From: Acutalibacteraceae bacterium
GTDB taxonomy: Bacteria > Actinomycetota > Coriobacteriia > Coriobacteriales > UMGS124
Assembly: GCA_963619535.1 (NCBI GenBank)
Contig: CAVEWV010000004.1
Location: 1,983-65,982, forward strand
DNA: 64,000 nucleotides
Reading direction: 5' to 3'
Under the pieces are notes generated by a model. The model was not told where the DNA came from and made no database searches. It worked only from the letters and a program-made list of their open reading frames with translations. Position numbers and translations under genes: made by a program. Positions 53,201-61,640 of this stretch are shown here, piece after piece (the stretch's first letter is position 1; each line of letters opens with the position of its first letter).

Positions 53201-55667
53201 GGGATGGCTCGGGGATGGTCGGCGTGTCTGTGAACTCGACGCGGCCCTCCCCCGTCATGTCAGCGTCGAAGTTGCCGACGTAGACGCTCGGGTCGAGCTC
53301 ATAGCCCGTGGGCGCCTTCGTCTCCTGGATGCTCACGGTGCCGAACGGCAGGAAGGCCTTGCCCTGAACGACGTACAGCTCGTCGCCTGAGACCTTGTAG
53401 TCCTCCCTCAGCAGGGCGACGCCGTCCTTGTCGGTCTTGAAGACCCAGGTGCGGTCTGGCTGGGGGGCGTCGTCGGCAAGGATCTGCTCCCTGGTATAGA
53501 TGCCCTTGTAATACCGCATGGTGACCTGGGCCCCCCCGAGGCTCATGTCGCCCTGAGGGCGGTTCTGCCCGGTGCCGGCGTCCACCTTGCGCGCCACCAC
53601 CGCCTGCGGGTCGCCCTGAGGCACCTCGGTGACGCACCCCTCCTGATCCTCGTTCACCGGCGTCGTGGCGCCGGCCTTGACGTCAACCTCATACGTTGTG
53701 GTGTCGAGCTCGTAGCCCTTGCTCGGCTCGATCTCCTTCACCCAGTATGTGCCCTCCTCAAGGACGGCCTCGCTCACGGCATGGCCCGACTCGTCGGTGA
53801 TGAGGGTCGTGGCCAGCCTCGTGCAGGCCTCGTCGGAATAGACGCCATAGCGCGCCCCGGCAAGCGTGTAGCAAACGTTGCTGTCGGTTATATCGGGGCG
53901 AGCAGATGTCTTGACGAGCTCGACGGCGCCGAGCTTGCGGGCGTCCTGCACATACAGGACGCTCGGGGTCTGGGCGTTGGAGATGCCGGTATAGACGTGC
54001 GTCGTGCCCTGCGTCACCTTCCAGGTGGAAGCGTCCCATCTGCCCGCCTCGGCGTTCCAGACGCCCCAGGTGCCGTCGGCGTTGCAGAACAGGCCTATGA
54101 CGTCGCGCGTCTCGTAGCCGCTCGGCGCGCTCACCTCGTACAGGCGGTACTGCGTCTGGCGGGGCACGTCGGTGAAGGTGACGACGTTCGAGTCCGCCGC
54201 GGTCGTCAGCGACTGGTCGTATGTCAGGCCCTCGCCGGCCTCGCTTGTGCTTGCGAGCCTCCAGGTCACATTGCCGTTGAGCGCCTCCCAGCGGCCGCCC
54301 TGCTCGTCATATGAGCACGACTTGCTCACAGACAGAGACGACACGGGCGTCCAGTTGGTGAGGACCACGAACTGCAGCCATGTGTCGTAATAGGCGTCGC
54401 CGGTTGCAGGGACCCATACCTCGCAGGTGCCCTGATAGGTGGCGGCCCCGGAGTCGGCATAGGCCTGCGCAGCGTCCACGAGGGCGCAGATCTGGTCGGC
54501 ATGGCTCGCATAGGAGCCATACGGCACCCGGTCGGGGTTCGTGAAGGTCCAAATGGCCTGCTGCGCCATGTAGATGCCCTCGTCGCTTGTGGCGTCCACA
54601 TTGGCCATGACGTACTCGAGCTGGCTGAGCACAGAGCCCAGGTTGACGCCGGAAACGGTGGTGACGTCCCAGGCCGATGCGGGGGAGTACGCCGCCTGGG
54701 GCCAATCGCCGGTGTCGGTGCTCGTGCCGGGCGCCGCGCGGCGCGAGTCGGCGCACCATGCCGCCTGGCCGGTCTCGACGTTTTTGATCCTCGGGCAGTT
54801 GCCGTCCACGATGTGCTCGTTGCAGGCGTCGAACGTCGCCGTGCCGGCCACATTGGCATACGCTGCACTGGAGCCGGGGCCCTCGGTGCGGTGGGTCTCA
54901 TTACCCTGTCCGTCGCAGAGCCAGACCTCGATCACGAGGTTTGGCATGATGCCCGGGAAGTCATAGGCTTCCCCGCCGCCTGCCTCTACGCTGACCTCGA
55001 CCGTGCCCTGCCCCTCGTCGGTGACGCAGGCCTGGGGCAGTGTCTCTCTCAGCAGGTCGCACCACAAGGCGTCCGCACGTCCCAAAACGCGCACGTGCAA
55101 GGTGCCTTGGCCCTCGATGCCTTCCAGAGATACGCGCAGCCAGCCGTCGTCGGTGGATGCGAGAGTAAGGCCCGGCGTCGTTGTTTCCGAGTCGCTCGCC
55201 GCCTCATCTGCCTGCGATGCCTCGAGGTCGCGGACCTCGACCTGGGCGGCCGCGTCATCGTCAGCGGCCGCGGCCGCGTCGTCGCCCTTGGTCTCATTGT
55301 CCACGGCAGCCTGCGCGTCTTGGCGGCCGGGCTCGCTGCCATCGCCTGAGGTCGCAGCCTCCTGGCGCGCCCCGTCGCCTGGCATTGCCATCTCCTGCCC
55401 TGCGGGCGGGTCGAGCGAGCCGGTCTCGTCGGCCTGCGGGTCGCCCGTCTGCAGCAGCTCAAGGCCGTCGGAAGAGGAGACGCTTATGGTGCCGGAATAT
55501 TCAGCCCAGGCAACATGGGCACAGCCCAATATTCCCAAGGGCCCCGACAGGGCCAGGACGAGCGAGAAAAACAGGCAGCAGGCGAACTTGAAAATACGTT
55601 TTCTTAAATCTGCGTCTCGTGGCGGTCGCGGCACAGCGGTGCCCCTGAACCATGGTTTTCCAAACAT
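50253..55667 (-). CDS. Surface adhesin with thioester (TQXA-type) domain, SpaA-like domains and VaFE / T-Q ester-bond repeats; MPQTG sorting signal; 1804 aa
   Basis: GGGGGAAGGA upstream of ATG 55667. Signal peptide CCLFFSLVLALSGPLGILGCAHVAWA. Thioester-type AAWCADSRRAAPG ... YMAQQAIWTFTNPD. Repeats ending VVAFEDL, IVAFERL, AVAFESL and VVFLETL. C-terminal MPQTGQG, a hydrophobic helix and RRK, then a 49-aa tail. Confidence 0.8.
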   Translation of the reverse strand: MFGKPWFRGTAVPRPPRDADLRKRIFKFACCLFFSLVLALSGPLGILGCAHVAWAEYSGTISVSSSDGLELLQTGDPQADETGSLDPPAGQEMAMPGDGARQEAATSGDGSEPGRQDAQAAVDNETKGDDAAAAADDDAAAQVEVRDLEASQADEAASDSETTTPGLTLASTDDGWLRVSLEGIEGQGTLHVRVLGRADALWCDLLRETLPQACVTDEGQGTVEVSVEAGGGEAYDFPGIMPNLVIEVWLCDGQGNETHRTEGPGSSAAYANVAGTATFDACNEHIVDGNCPRIKNVETGQAAWCADSRRAAPGTSTDTGDWPQAAYSPASAWDVTTVSGVNLGSVLSQLEYVMANVDATSDEGIYMAQQAIWTFTNPDRVPYGSYASHADQICALVDAAQAYADSGAATYQGTCEVWVPATGDAYYDTWLQFVVLTNWTPVSSLSVSKSCSYDEQGGRWEALNGNVTWRLASTSEAGEGLTYDQSLTTAADSNVVTFTDVPRQTQYRLYEVSAPSGYETRDVIGLFCNADGTWGVWNAEAGRWDASTWKVTQGTTHVYTGISNAQTPSVLYVQDARKLGAVELVKTSARPDITDSNVCYTLAGARYGVYSDEACTRLATTLITDESGHAVSEAVLEEGTYWVKEIEPSKGYELDTTTYEVDVKAGATTPVNEDQEGCVTEVPQGDPQAVVARKVDAGTGQNRPQGDMSLGGAQVTMRYYKGIYTREQILADDAPQPDRTWVFKTDKDGVALLREDYKVSGDELYVVQGKAFLPFGTVSIQETKAPTGYELDPSVYVGNFDADMTGEGRVEFTDTPTIPEPSLKGGLGLRKVDAETGESAARGAASLDGATFAIYNASQENVEVDDVTYAPETVDSVRQGAATPITTIVVRDGVATTDEDGDGSDSTLPFGTYLVCENVPGTGYLVDSAIQTVEVHAPGEVAWCELPFADQVVRGDLALEKVDGESGQAMAGVAFLMTSDTTGESHVVLTDDAGRLDTSASARSHLASTNANDAAYDYVTGTIDESKLSPDAGVWFFGTQEQAGGISDDLGALPYDTYTLTELESSASAGTHLVTLAASVSQNGQVIELGQVVDTWIPTLSTELLSRDGTHSGYAMADEVLTDTARYDHFEAGTYTAAVELCDAQGNVLSDAQGRTLRATKVLELAGSGMYSVEVACDLSNLAGTTVVARHSVYDEAGQLYAAHTDLASAEQSVEVGEPPQIATSLACDQTGLHIANAAETLVLSDTVTYANLKLGKTYTLTGTLMDKESASELVGADGKPITAQAQFTAAGAAGTATVRFTFDARGLAGKSIVAFERLESEGRELAVHADIHDESQTVTVPKVATTLATSQDSHSIMGESPIDLVDTVEYANVLSGSTYKLVGGLYDAATGKALTDAAGKELSASTTFQASSDTGSVKVTFKAVGGVREGAVVAFEDLYIATQGTGEQAGGWQLVASHRDLADADQTVSFKTPNLRTALTEETTGLHECAAGATVALTDLVAYDGLEVGKTYGVSGRLVDKETGKAILDAAGKAVTASGTFKATGSRGSVSVRFAFDATQLAGKQAVAFESLTFEGREIAVHANLEDASQTVTFVDIRTTATDPADGDHEVEAAKDAKLVDRVEMRGLIPGQSYSLVTELVLADTHEALLSSSTRFVPTKAATTLDVTATLDASKLAGKKVVFLETLQRDGKTLAEHRDYNDEGQTVSLVEPKPVLPAPQGDMPQTGQGMAWAAMIGGGGACAMAGLVLVVRRKATAPMAESTGTCVVGDGDGAQAPACQAVSGHIRPTRSKPIPGWHPRNGH

Positions 55668-55798
55668 GGCACACGTCCTTCCCCCGGGGGCTTGCGCCCC
55701 CGGTGTAGGTAGACTATTTCCTTGTCTTCGTTACGGTTTCAAATCTCGCGCAGTCCGTATCGCAACGGGCTCGTGCGCGGCAGCACAAAGGCCCCGGA

Positions 55799-57184
55799 TT
55801 ATTCCCAGTGGCCCTCTTCATCGTGATGCACGGTGGTGTATTGGGCCTCGTGGTAGACCGTCTCGTAATGGCCGTTGTCCTGATAGGAGCCTTGGTCCTC
55901 CCAATGGCCCGTCTCGTCGTGGTGCACGGTCTCGTACTCAGGCTCCTGCCAGACCTGCGTCCAATTTATCTTCACTTCGTAGTTGGTGATCTGGTCGTTG
56001 GCTATGAGCTCCTTGATGTGGCACACCATCTCGTCGTCGTCAAACGTGATGAAGCCGTCGGCCTTGAACTGGTAGTACGCCCCATCCGCGACGTTCATGT
56101 AGTAGCCGTCGTGCACAAGCACCTGCTCGTCCCATGCGGGGCTGTCTTGGACCCACACGTTGTTGGCGACCCATTCCTGCTTGGGCACCCAGACCTGCTC
56201 CTCCCATGCCTCGCTCGCCACGACGGTCTCGTCCCAGGCGGCCTTGTCCACCACCCAGACGGGCTCCTTGGCAGGCTGGTCGGCGTCGGCGCTCGGCTCT
56301 ACCTGGATGCCTTCCGGCTCGGCGGGCTGCTCGGCCTGCGCCGTATCCGCAGGGGCTGCCGACGTGGCCGGTGCCTCGGGGGCGCTGGTGTCTGCGGCGG
56401 GCTTCGAATCCTGTTCCTGCTGGGTTGCCTCTTTTTGAGCGGGCGCGTCTGCGGCAGCCTCGGCACCCTGTCCGTCATCGGTCGAAGCCGGGAGGATCAC
56501 CCAATGCAAGCGGACGGAAAGGGGAGAGGACGGAACCTCGATGATACGTGCTCCCTTCAGATCCTGCTCGTCGGGGGCGCCGTCCTCGGTGGGTGCGAGG
56601 TCATAGAACATGAGGGCGTGGGCGAGCGTGTAGGCGCGCACCTCGCACAGCTTGTCCCAGACTGCGGCTTGCACGCGCTTCTCGAGGCCCGAGCCCTGAA
56701 GGCGAGCGCCGCCAAGGTGCGACTCAGTCTTCTCCAGGCATTCCATGCATGTCTTTACCAGCTTGTCCTCAATGGCCCTGATCGTTTTGGGCTCCTCGTC
56801 GCTTGCGTCGAGCACCCACACCTCTCCGTCGGCGATCACCACGCGGATCTTTTCGAGCTGGCTCTTGTCAAGGGACAGCTCGACCCCGCCGAGAGCGAAC
56901 CGCTTATCGCCCAGGAAGGCAAGCACCTGCTCGGCGCTCACGGGCGTCTCTGCCTCGGCCTTGTCCGACTCCTTAGCCTTTTCCTCGGCTCCCTGGGTTG
57001 CGTCGGCGCCCTCGGCCTGCTCTGCCTGGCCCGAATCAGCCTGGGCTTCCAAGGCGGTGTCGGCCCATGCGTGGCGAGCGCACAGGGCCCCGTCGGGCGC
57101 GGCGGAGCAGACGCCTATACCCATGGCCAGGATGCAGGCAAGCAGAAACGCGTGTCGTTGCAGGAGCAAAAAGGGCCTGTTCAT
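55799..57184 (-). CDS. Secreted hypothetical protein with His-rich C-terminal repeats, 461 aa
   Basis: Track ORF 55799..57226, started at ATG 57184 (GGGAGG 8 nt upstream). Signal peptide FLLACILAMGIGVCSA. Acidic and Ala-rich middle region. The C-terminus contains TVHHDETGHWE and TVHHDEEGHWE. Confidence 0.65.
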   Translation of the reverse strand: MNRPFLLLQRHAFLLACILAMGIGVCSAAPDGALCARHAWADTALEAQADSGQAEQAEGADATQGAEEKAKESDKAEAETPVSAEQVLAFLGDKRFALGGVELSLDKSQLEKIRVVIADGEVWVLDASDEEPKTIRAIEDKLVKTCMECLEKTESHLGGARLQGSGLEKRVQAAVWDKLCEVRAYTLAHALMFYDLAPTEDGAPDEQDLKGARIIEVPSSPLSVRLHWVILPASTDDGQGAEAAADAPAQKEATQQEQDSKPAADTSAPEAPATSAAPADTAQAEQPAEPEGIQVEPSADADQPAKEPVWVVDKAAWDETVVASEAWEEQVWVPKQEWVANNVWVQDSPAWDEQVLVHDGYYMNVADGAYYQFKADGFITFDDDEMVCHIKELIANDQITNYEVKINWTQVWQEPEYETVHHDETGHWEDQGSYQDNGHYETVYHEAQYTTVHHDEEGHWE

Positions 57185-57445
57185 CTTCAACGCCTCCCAA
57201 ACTGAAAAGCTTTCAGGACCCCTCAATACTGGCAGGATTTTCAGGTTTGTTAAATGTAGATTATGTGAAATATTAGCTATGCGTCACAGACTTATAACAG
57301 GCCAGGTAAACGACCATTTTTAGCTGTTTTGTCACAGATGCGCTAAATAAAACTGTCACCTAATTACGCCGCTTTTGAGGCTGCGCCTCGCAGAAGGCCC
57401 TTACCATAAAGTCGCACATATTGCGCCGTCTGAGAGGTACAGGGC

Positions 57446-57865
57446 ATGGAGCTTCACCAGCTGAGATATTTCATCCAGGCCGCAAAGCTCGAGAGCATCT
57501 CGCAGGCCGCCGATACCCTCCACGTGTCGCAGCCGGCGCTGTCCCGCTCCATCACCAAACTGGAGGAGGAGCTCGGCGCCACGCTCTTCGACCGCGTGGG
57601 CCGGCGCGTCCTGCTCAACGACCGGGGCCGCATGTACCTGCGCAGCGTCGAGCGCCTGCTGCAAGGGCTCTCCGAGGCAAACGCGACGATCGGGGGCGTG
57701 CAGACCGAGGTCGAGGGCTCCGTCAGCGTCGGCATATTCGGGTCGCAGTCGCAGGCCATCGAGTGCGCCGCCGCCTTCATGAGCGCCAACCCCCGCGTCT
57801 TTGTCGCATTCGACGCCCGCCAGCAGTCCATGACCTCGCAGGTGACCCGCGAGTTCGACATGGTC
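57446..57865 (+). pseudogene. LysR-family regulator truncated after ~140 codons
   Basis: Intact HTH MELHQLRYFIQAAKLESISQAADTLHVSQPALSRSITKLEEELGATLFDR. Homology ends near TREFDMV, followed by unrelated residues and a stop at 57926-57928. Typical LysR proteins are ~300 aa. Confidence 0.7.
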
Positions 57866-58230
57866 TATTGGCGGCCGAGCTCGGCCTTTCCGGCTCGCGC
57901 GCCGAGATCGGCCTGGAGGCCATCATGAGCGCCGACCCCGACATCATCGTGTGCGAGAGCCCCGCCACCTTCGCCGATCTTGTCGGCAACGAGTCGCTCG
58001 GCGAGCTTGCGGCCATAAAGAACGGCACGGCCCACATCGCCCCGCTCGGCCCCGTGGTGTGGTCCATGGGTTCCACCGAGGCCCTGCTCATGCTCTACTG
58101 GGCCGCGAACACCATCAACCCCGAACTGTTCGACTACGACGTCGACGCCATCACGCGCGAGTACTTCGCCACGTTCTACGGCTATGAGCTGAGCGACGAG
58201 CAGCTCGCCGGAATTTTCGACCAGCAGTAA
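57866..58230 (+). pseudogene. 3' fragment (~120 codons) of a periplasmic iron/siderophore-type ABC substrate-binding protein gene
   Basis: Frame 1 reads LAAELGLSGSRAEIGLEAIMSADPDIIVCES ... GPVVWSMGSTEALLMLYWAA ... stop. This is typical of the C-terminal lobe of FecB/BtuF-type binding proteins. The upstream part of the frame overlaps the lysR frame and is nonsense. Confidence 0.65.
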
Positions 58231-58239
58231 GGGGCCCGG

Positions 58240-59154
58240 ATGAACGGTTGGCTTGATTGGCGCGCCATAGAGCTGCAAAACGACTGGGGCCTGCGCGAGA
58301 AATCCGACGCGATGGGCGAGGTGTGGAACAAGGGCGCCGAGATGTGGGACACCCGCTGGAAGCACGACCTTGAGTTCACGGCCCGGCAGGCGGCGGCCAT
58401 CGACGTGCTCCCCGGCGACACCGTGCTCGATGTGTGCTGCGGGACGGGCCCGCTCACCATGCATGTGGCGCCGCGCGTCAAGGAGGTCGTCGCGTTCGAC
58501 TACGGACGCGACATGCTCGCCACCCTGGAGCGCAACGCCGCCCAGCGCGGCCTCACAAACGTGCGCACGTTGCGGGGCAACTGGTACTCCGTCGAGCCGG
58601 GCCGCGAGCTTCCGGTGTGCGACGTGGCCATCACGCGCTGGTCGCCGGCCCAGGGGGACATCCTCAAGTTCAGCCGGTGCGCGCGCAGGCGCTGCTACTC
58701 CCTGGGGAGCGTGACGCCCGATTTCGCCGAGGGCGGCTTTACCCAAAGCGGCTTCTGGTGCCGCAGCACGGTGGACGAGTCGCTCAACACCACTCCCAGG
58801 CCCTGCGGGCGCAAGTACGGCTTCAACGTGCACTTCAACCTGCTCTACGACGCCGGCGCCAACCCCGAGGTGACCTACCTGGTGGACGCGCGCACCGTCA
58901 CGGGCGCGAGCAAGTCCGAGGTGCTCGAGAAGGTGTTCGGCCCCATCAAGGGCGGAAAGCCCGACGGCGCCCAGGGCCAGGGTGAGGGCGACGAGGACGC
59001 CGACGACGCGAAGGTGACGCACCGCCCCGGCAGCCCGCGCGGCTCCTCGCCCTTCGACCGCGACATCGTGCACAACGCCGACGGCACCTGGACGTTCAAC
59101 TACAAGCACACCATGGTCGTCATGTCGTGGGACCCCAATGAAGTCCGCCTCTAG
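58240..59154 (+). CDS. Class I SAM-dependent methyltransferase, 304 aa
   Basis: VLDVCCGTGPLTMHVA motif I followed by VVAFDYGRDML. The C-terminal ~150 aa could not be assigned. Confidence 0.75.
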   Translation: MNGWLDWRAIELQNDWGLREKSDAMGEVWNKGAEMWDTRWKHDLEFTARQAAAIDVLPGDTVLDVCCGTGPLTMHVAPRVKEVVAFDYGRDMLATLERNAAQRGLTNVRTLRGNWYSVEPGRELPVCDVAITRWSPAQGDILKFSRCARRRCYSLGSVTPDFAEGGFTQSGFWCRSTVDESLNTTPRPCGRKYGFNVHFNLLYDAGANPEVTYLVDARTVTGASKSEVLEKVFGPIKGGKPDGAQGQGEGDEDADDAKVTHRPGSPRGSSPFDRDIVHNADGTWTFNYKHTMVVMSWDPNEVRL

Positions 59155-60202
59155 CGAGGGGTCGGCAACGGATGGGCGCATCGGCGTCAAGACGGCGGGG
59201 GAGCGCTCGCTTCCCGCCGTCTTGACGCTCCTGACCGCCGTGACGTGCCTGCTCGCGGCATGTGCGCTGTGCCTGGGCGCCTATGCGGTGCCCCTTTGCG
59301 ACGTGCTGGGAATCCTCGCCTCGACGGTTGCCCCCGTCGAGCAGACCTGGCTTCCCATGGCGGCCAACGTCGTGCTCGGGGTGAGGCTGCCGCGCGTCTT
59401 GGGCGCCTTGCTTGTGGGGGCGGCGCTGGCTGTGGCGGGAACCGCCTACCAGGGGATGTTCCGCAACCCGCTTGTCTCGCCCGACCTTCTGGGAGTGTCG
59501 AACGGGGCATGCATCGGCGCGGCGCTAGCCATCCTTGCCGGCACCGGCGTCGTGACCCGACAGCTTTGGGCGTTCGTGGGAGGCATTGCGGCCGTGGCGT
59601 GCACGGTGGCCATCCCGCGCATCCTCAAGCGCGACTCCACCGTCACGCTTGTGCTTGCAGGCGTCATCGTGGGCGGGTTCTGCGGGTCGATCATGGGCAT
59701 CATCAAATACGTGGCCGATCCCGATACGCAGCTCGCCGAGATCGTGTATTGGCAGATGGGCAGCCTCGCAAAGGTGGGGGAGGGCGCGCTCAGTCGCACC
59801 GCGCCCGTCATGCTCGGCTGCATTGCCGCCCTCCTTGCCATGCGTTGGCGCATCAACGTGCTTTCGCTGGGCGACAACGAGGCCCGGGCGCTCGGGGCGA
59901 ACCTGCGCTGGGAGCGCGGCGCCGTGATCTGCGCGGCCACACTGCTCACCGCAAGCGCCACCTGCATGGCGGGCACGGTGGGCTGGGTAGGCCTGGTGGT
60001 CCCTCATCTCGCGCGGTTCATCGTGGGGCCCAACACGGCGCGCAGCCTGCCCGTGGCCTGCCTGTTGGCGGCGGCGTTCCTGCTGGTGGTAGACACTGTG
60101 GCGCGCGTTTCGGGCGTGGAGATACCGCTGGGCATCATCACGGGCCTCGTGGGCACGCCATTCTTCGTCATCCTGCTCGCTCGTCAGAAGGGGATGCTGT
60201 GA
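59138..60202 (+). CDS. FecCD-family iron/siderophore/cobalamin ABC transporter permease, 354 aa
   Basis: RLPRVLGALLVGAALAVAGTAYQGMFRNPLVSPDLLGVSNGA and GIITGLVGTPFFVILL, with about 9-10 TM helices. The TGA overlaps the next ATG (ATGA). Confidence 0.85.
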   Translation: MKSASSEGSATDGRIGVKTAGERSLPAVLTLLTAVTCLLAACALCLGAYAVPLCDVLGILASTVAPVEQTWLPMAANVVLGVRLPRVLGALLVGAALAVAGTAYQGMFRNPLVSPDLLGVSNGACIGAALAILAGTGVVTRQLWAFVGGIAAVACTVAIPRILKRDSTVTLVLAGVIVGGFCGSIMGIIKYVADPDTQLAEIVYWQMGSLAKVGEGALSRTAPVMLGCIAALLAMRWRINVLSLGDNEARALGANLRWERGAVICAATLLTASATCMAGTVGWVGLVVPHLARFIVGPNTARSLPVACLLAAAFLLVVDTVARVSGVEIPLGIITGLVGTPFFVILLARQKGML

Positions 60203-61020
60203 TGCAACACGGACAGCACGACGCGGCGCCGCCCCTCCTGAGCGTGCAGGGGCTTGGCTTTGCGTATGAGGGAAGACCGGCGACGCTCTCCGAGGTGTCG
60301 TTCGACGTGGCGGCAGGCGAGCTCTGCGCGCTTCTCGGCCCCAACGGGGCGGGGAAGTCGACGTTGCTCAACTGCATCATGAACCTGCTGAAGGCCCAGA
60401 GGGGCTCCATTGAGCTTGAGGGCCGCGACGTGAGCCGCATGAGCGCCCGCGAGATAGCGCGCATCGTGGCGTACGTCCCGCAAACATCAAACGCCGCCTT
60501 CTCCTATGACGTACGCGACTACGTGGCCATGGGCCGCACGCCGTTTCTCAAGCTGTGCTCCACGCCGTCGGCACAGGACATGCGCCTGGTGGACGAGGCG
60601 TTGGAGAGGTTGGGCATTGAGGGGCTGGCGCGCTGTCCCTACAACGAGCTCTCGGGCGGGCAGCGCCAGCTCGTTGACGTGGCCCGCGCCCTGGCCCAGC
60701 AGCCGCGCATGCTCCTGTTCGACGAGCCCACGAGCGCTTTGGACTTCGGCAACCAGGTGAAGGTGCTCAAGCTTGTGGCCGACCTTGCGCATGACGGCTA
60801 TGCGATCCTCATGACCACGCACAACCCCGACCATCCCATCTTGCTGGGCGGCAGCGTCTGCCTGCTCGGGCGCGACGGCCGCCTCGTGAAGGGCCGGGTG
60901 GACGAGGTGCTTCGCGAGGACGTGCTGCGCGAGCTCTATGGGTGCGACCTCATCATGCGGCACGTTCCCGACGCCGGCCGCGATGTATGCATGACCCCGA
61001 GGTTTGACAAGGGGCTGTGA
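60202..61020 (+). CDS. Iron-type ABC transporter ATP-binding protein (FepC/FecE-like), 272 aa
   Basis: In-frame ATG 60202 inside track ORF 59245..61020. Walker A GPNGAGKST, signature LSGGQRQ, Walker B LLFDEPTSALD. Confidence 0.85.
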   Translation: MQHGQHDAAPPLLSVQGLGFAYEGRPATLSEVSFDVAAGELCALLGPNGAGKSTLLNCIMNLLKAQRGSIELEGRDVSRMSAREIARIVAYVPQTSNAAFSYDVRDYVAMGRTPFLKLCSTPSAQDMRLVDEALERLGIEGLARCPYNELSGGQRQLVDVARALAQQPRMLLFDEPTSALDFGNQVKVLKLVADLAHDGYAILMTTHNPDHPILLGGSVCLLGRDGRLVKGRVDEVLREDVLRELYGCDLIMRHVPDAGRDVCMTPRFDKGL

Positions 61021-61039
61021 TAAGGGGTTTGCTAGGCCT

Positions 61040-61480
61040 TGAGTTAAAGGCATGGGTCGATGGCCTAAACACTAAACATTAAGGATAGATAGAGGGATAG
61101 AAGCGGTTAGGGAAACAATAATCAAGCCAGTCCGCCTCGATTGCGCAGAACCTTTACCTGAACTGGCGTTACACCGGGGCTTAGGAAAAGTGGCTTGCTC
61201 ATTGTTTTCCCAGCTTAGAGGGCACCTGAGAAACAGAGGGCGTGCTATCAAACGTTTAAGTAAAGCTTGAGGTACTACAGGCAAAAGCAGGTTCATCCAC
61301 ATCGTGCTATTCAGACCATTAACCTTAAAGTAAGACTTAATTTAGCAGGTCTTTTGTGCGCATTCATCATTAACCTTATCCTTAATGTCTCTTCCAGTGT
61401 GCTGCCCGTTTTGACTCATTGCGTTCTTACTTTAATGTTTAACTTTAAAGTAAGGCCTTACATCAGTTTGACCGGCGCAT
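61040..61480. promoter_or_regulatory. AT-rich intergenic island with direct and inverted repeats upstream of the second reductase gene
   Basis: TTAAAGTAAG at 61325 and 61445, plus its inverse CTTACTTTAA at 61426 (palindrome with 9-nt spacer). CATTAACCTTA at 61317 and 61368. Imperfect 20-bp inverted repeat 61110-61129 / 61191-61211. ACATTAAGGA at 61076 versus TCCTTAATGT at 61379. Confidence 0.4.
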
Positions 61481-61640
61481 CACTCTTCCCGAGCTTCAAC
61501 CGATTGGTTGAACCAGATGCAACGCCTGGCCCCCTTCGACGCGAAGACCTCGGCCTGTATACTCCTGCTCAGCCAGCCCGCAGGCTGGCTGCGGCGTGCA
61601 GGGGGCATGCCGCAAGACACCTCTCGTCTAAGGGGGACAC

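Noticed and set aside
57321-57370. TGTCAC half-sites (57330 and 57354) in the lysR divergent promoter as further copies of the 16-bp palindrome.
   Set aside because: Only single half-sites in direct orientation are present, and no full GGTGACA..TGTCACC dyad. They could easily occur by chance.
59245-60201. The 5' part of the 591-aa track ORF 59245..61020 as a single large protein.
   Set aside because: That portion is an out-of-frame, Arg/Gly-rich shadow over the FecCD permease gene. The genuine ATPase starts at the in-frame ATG 60202, which overlaps the permease stop.
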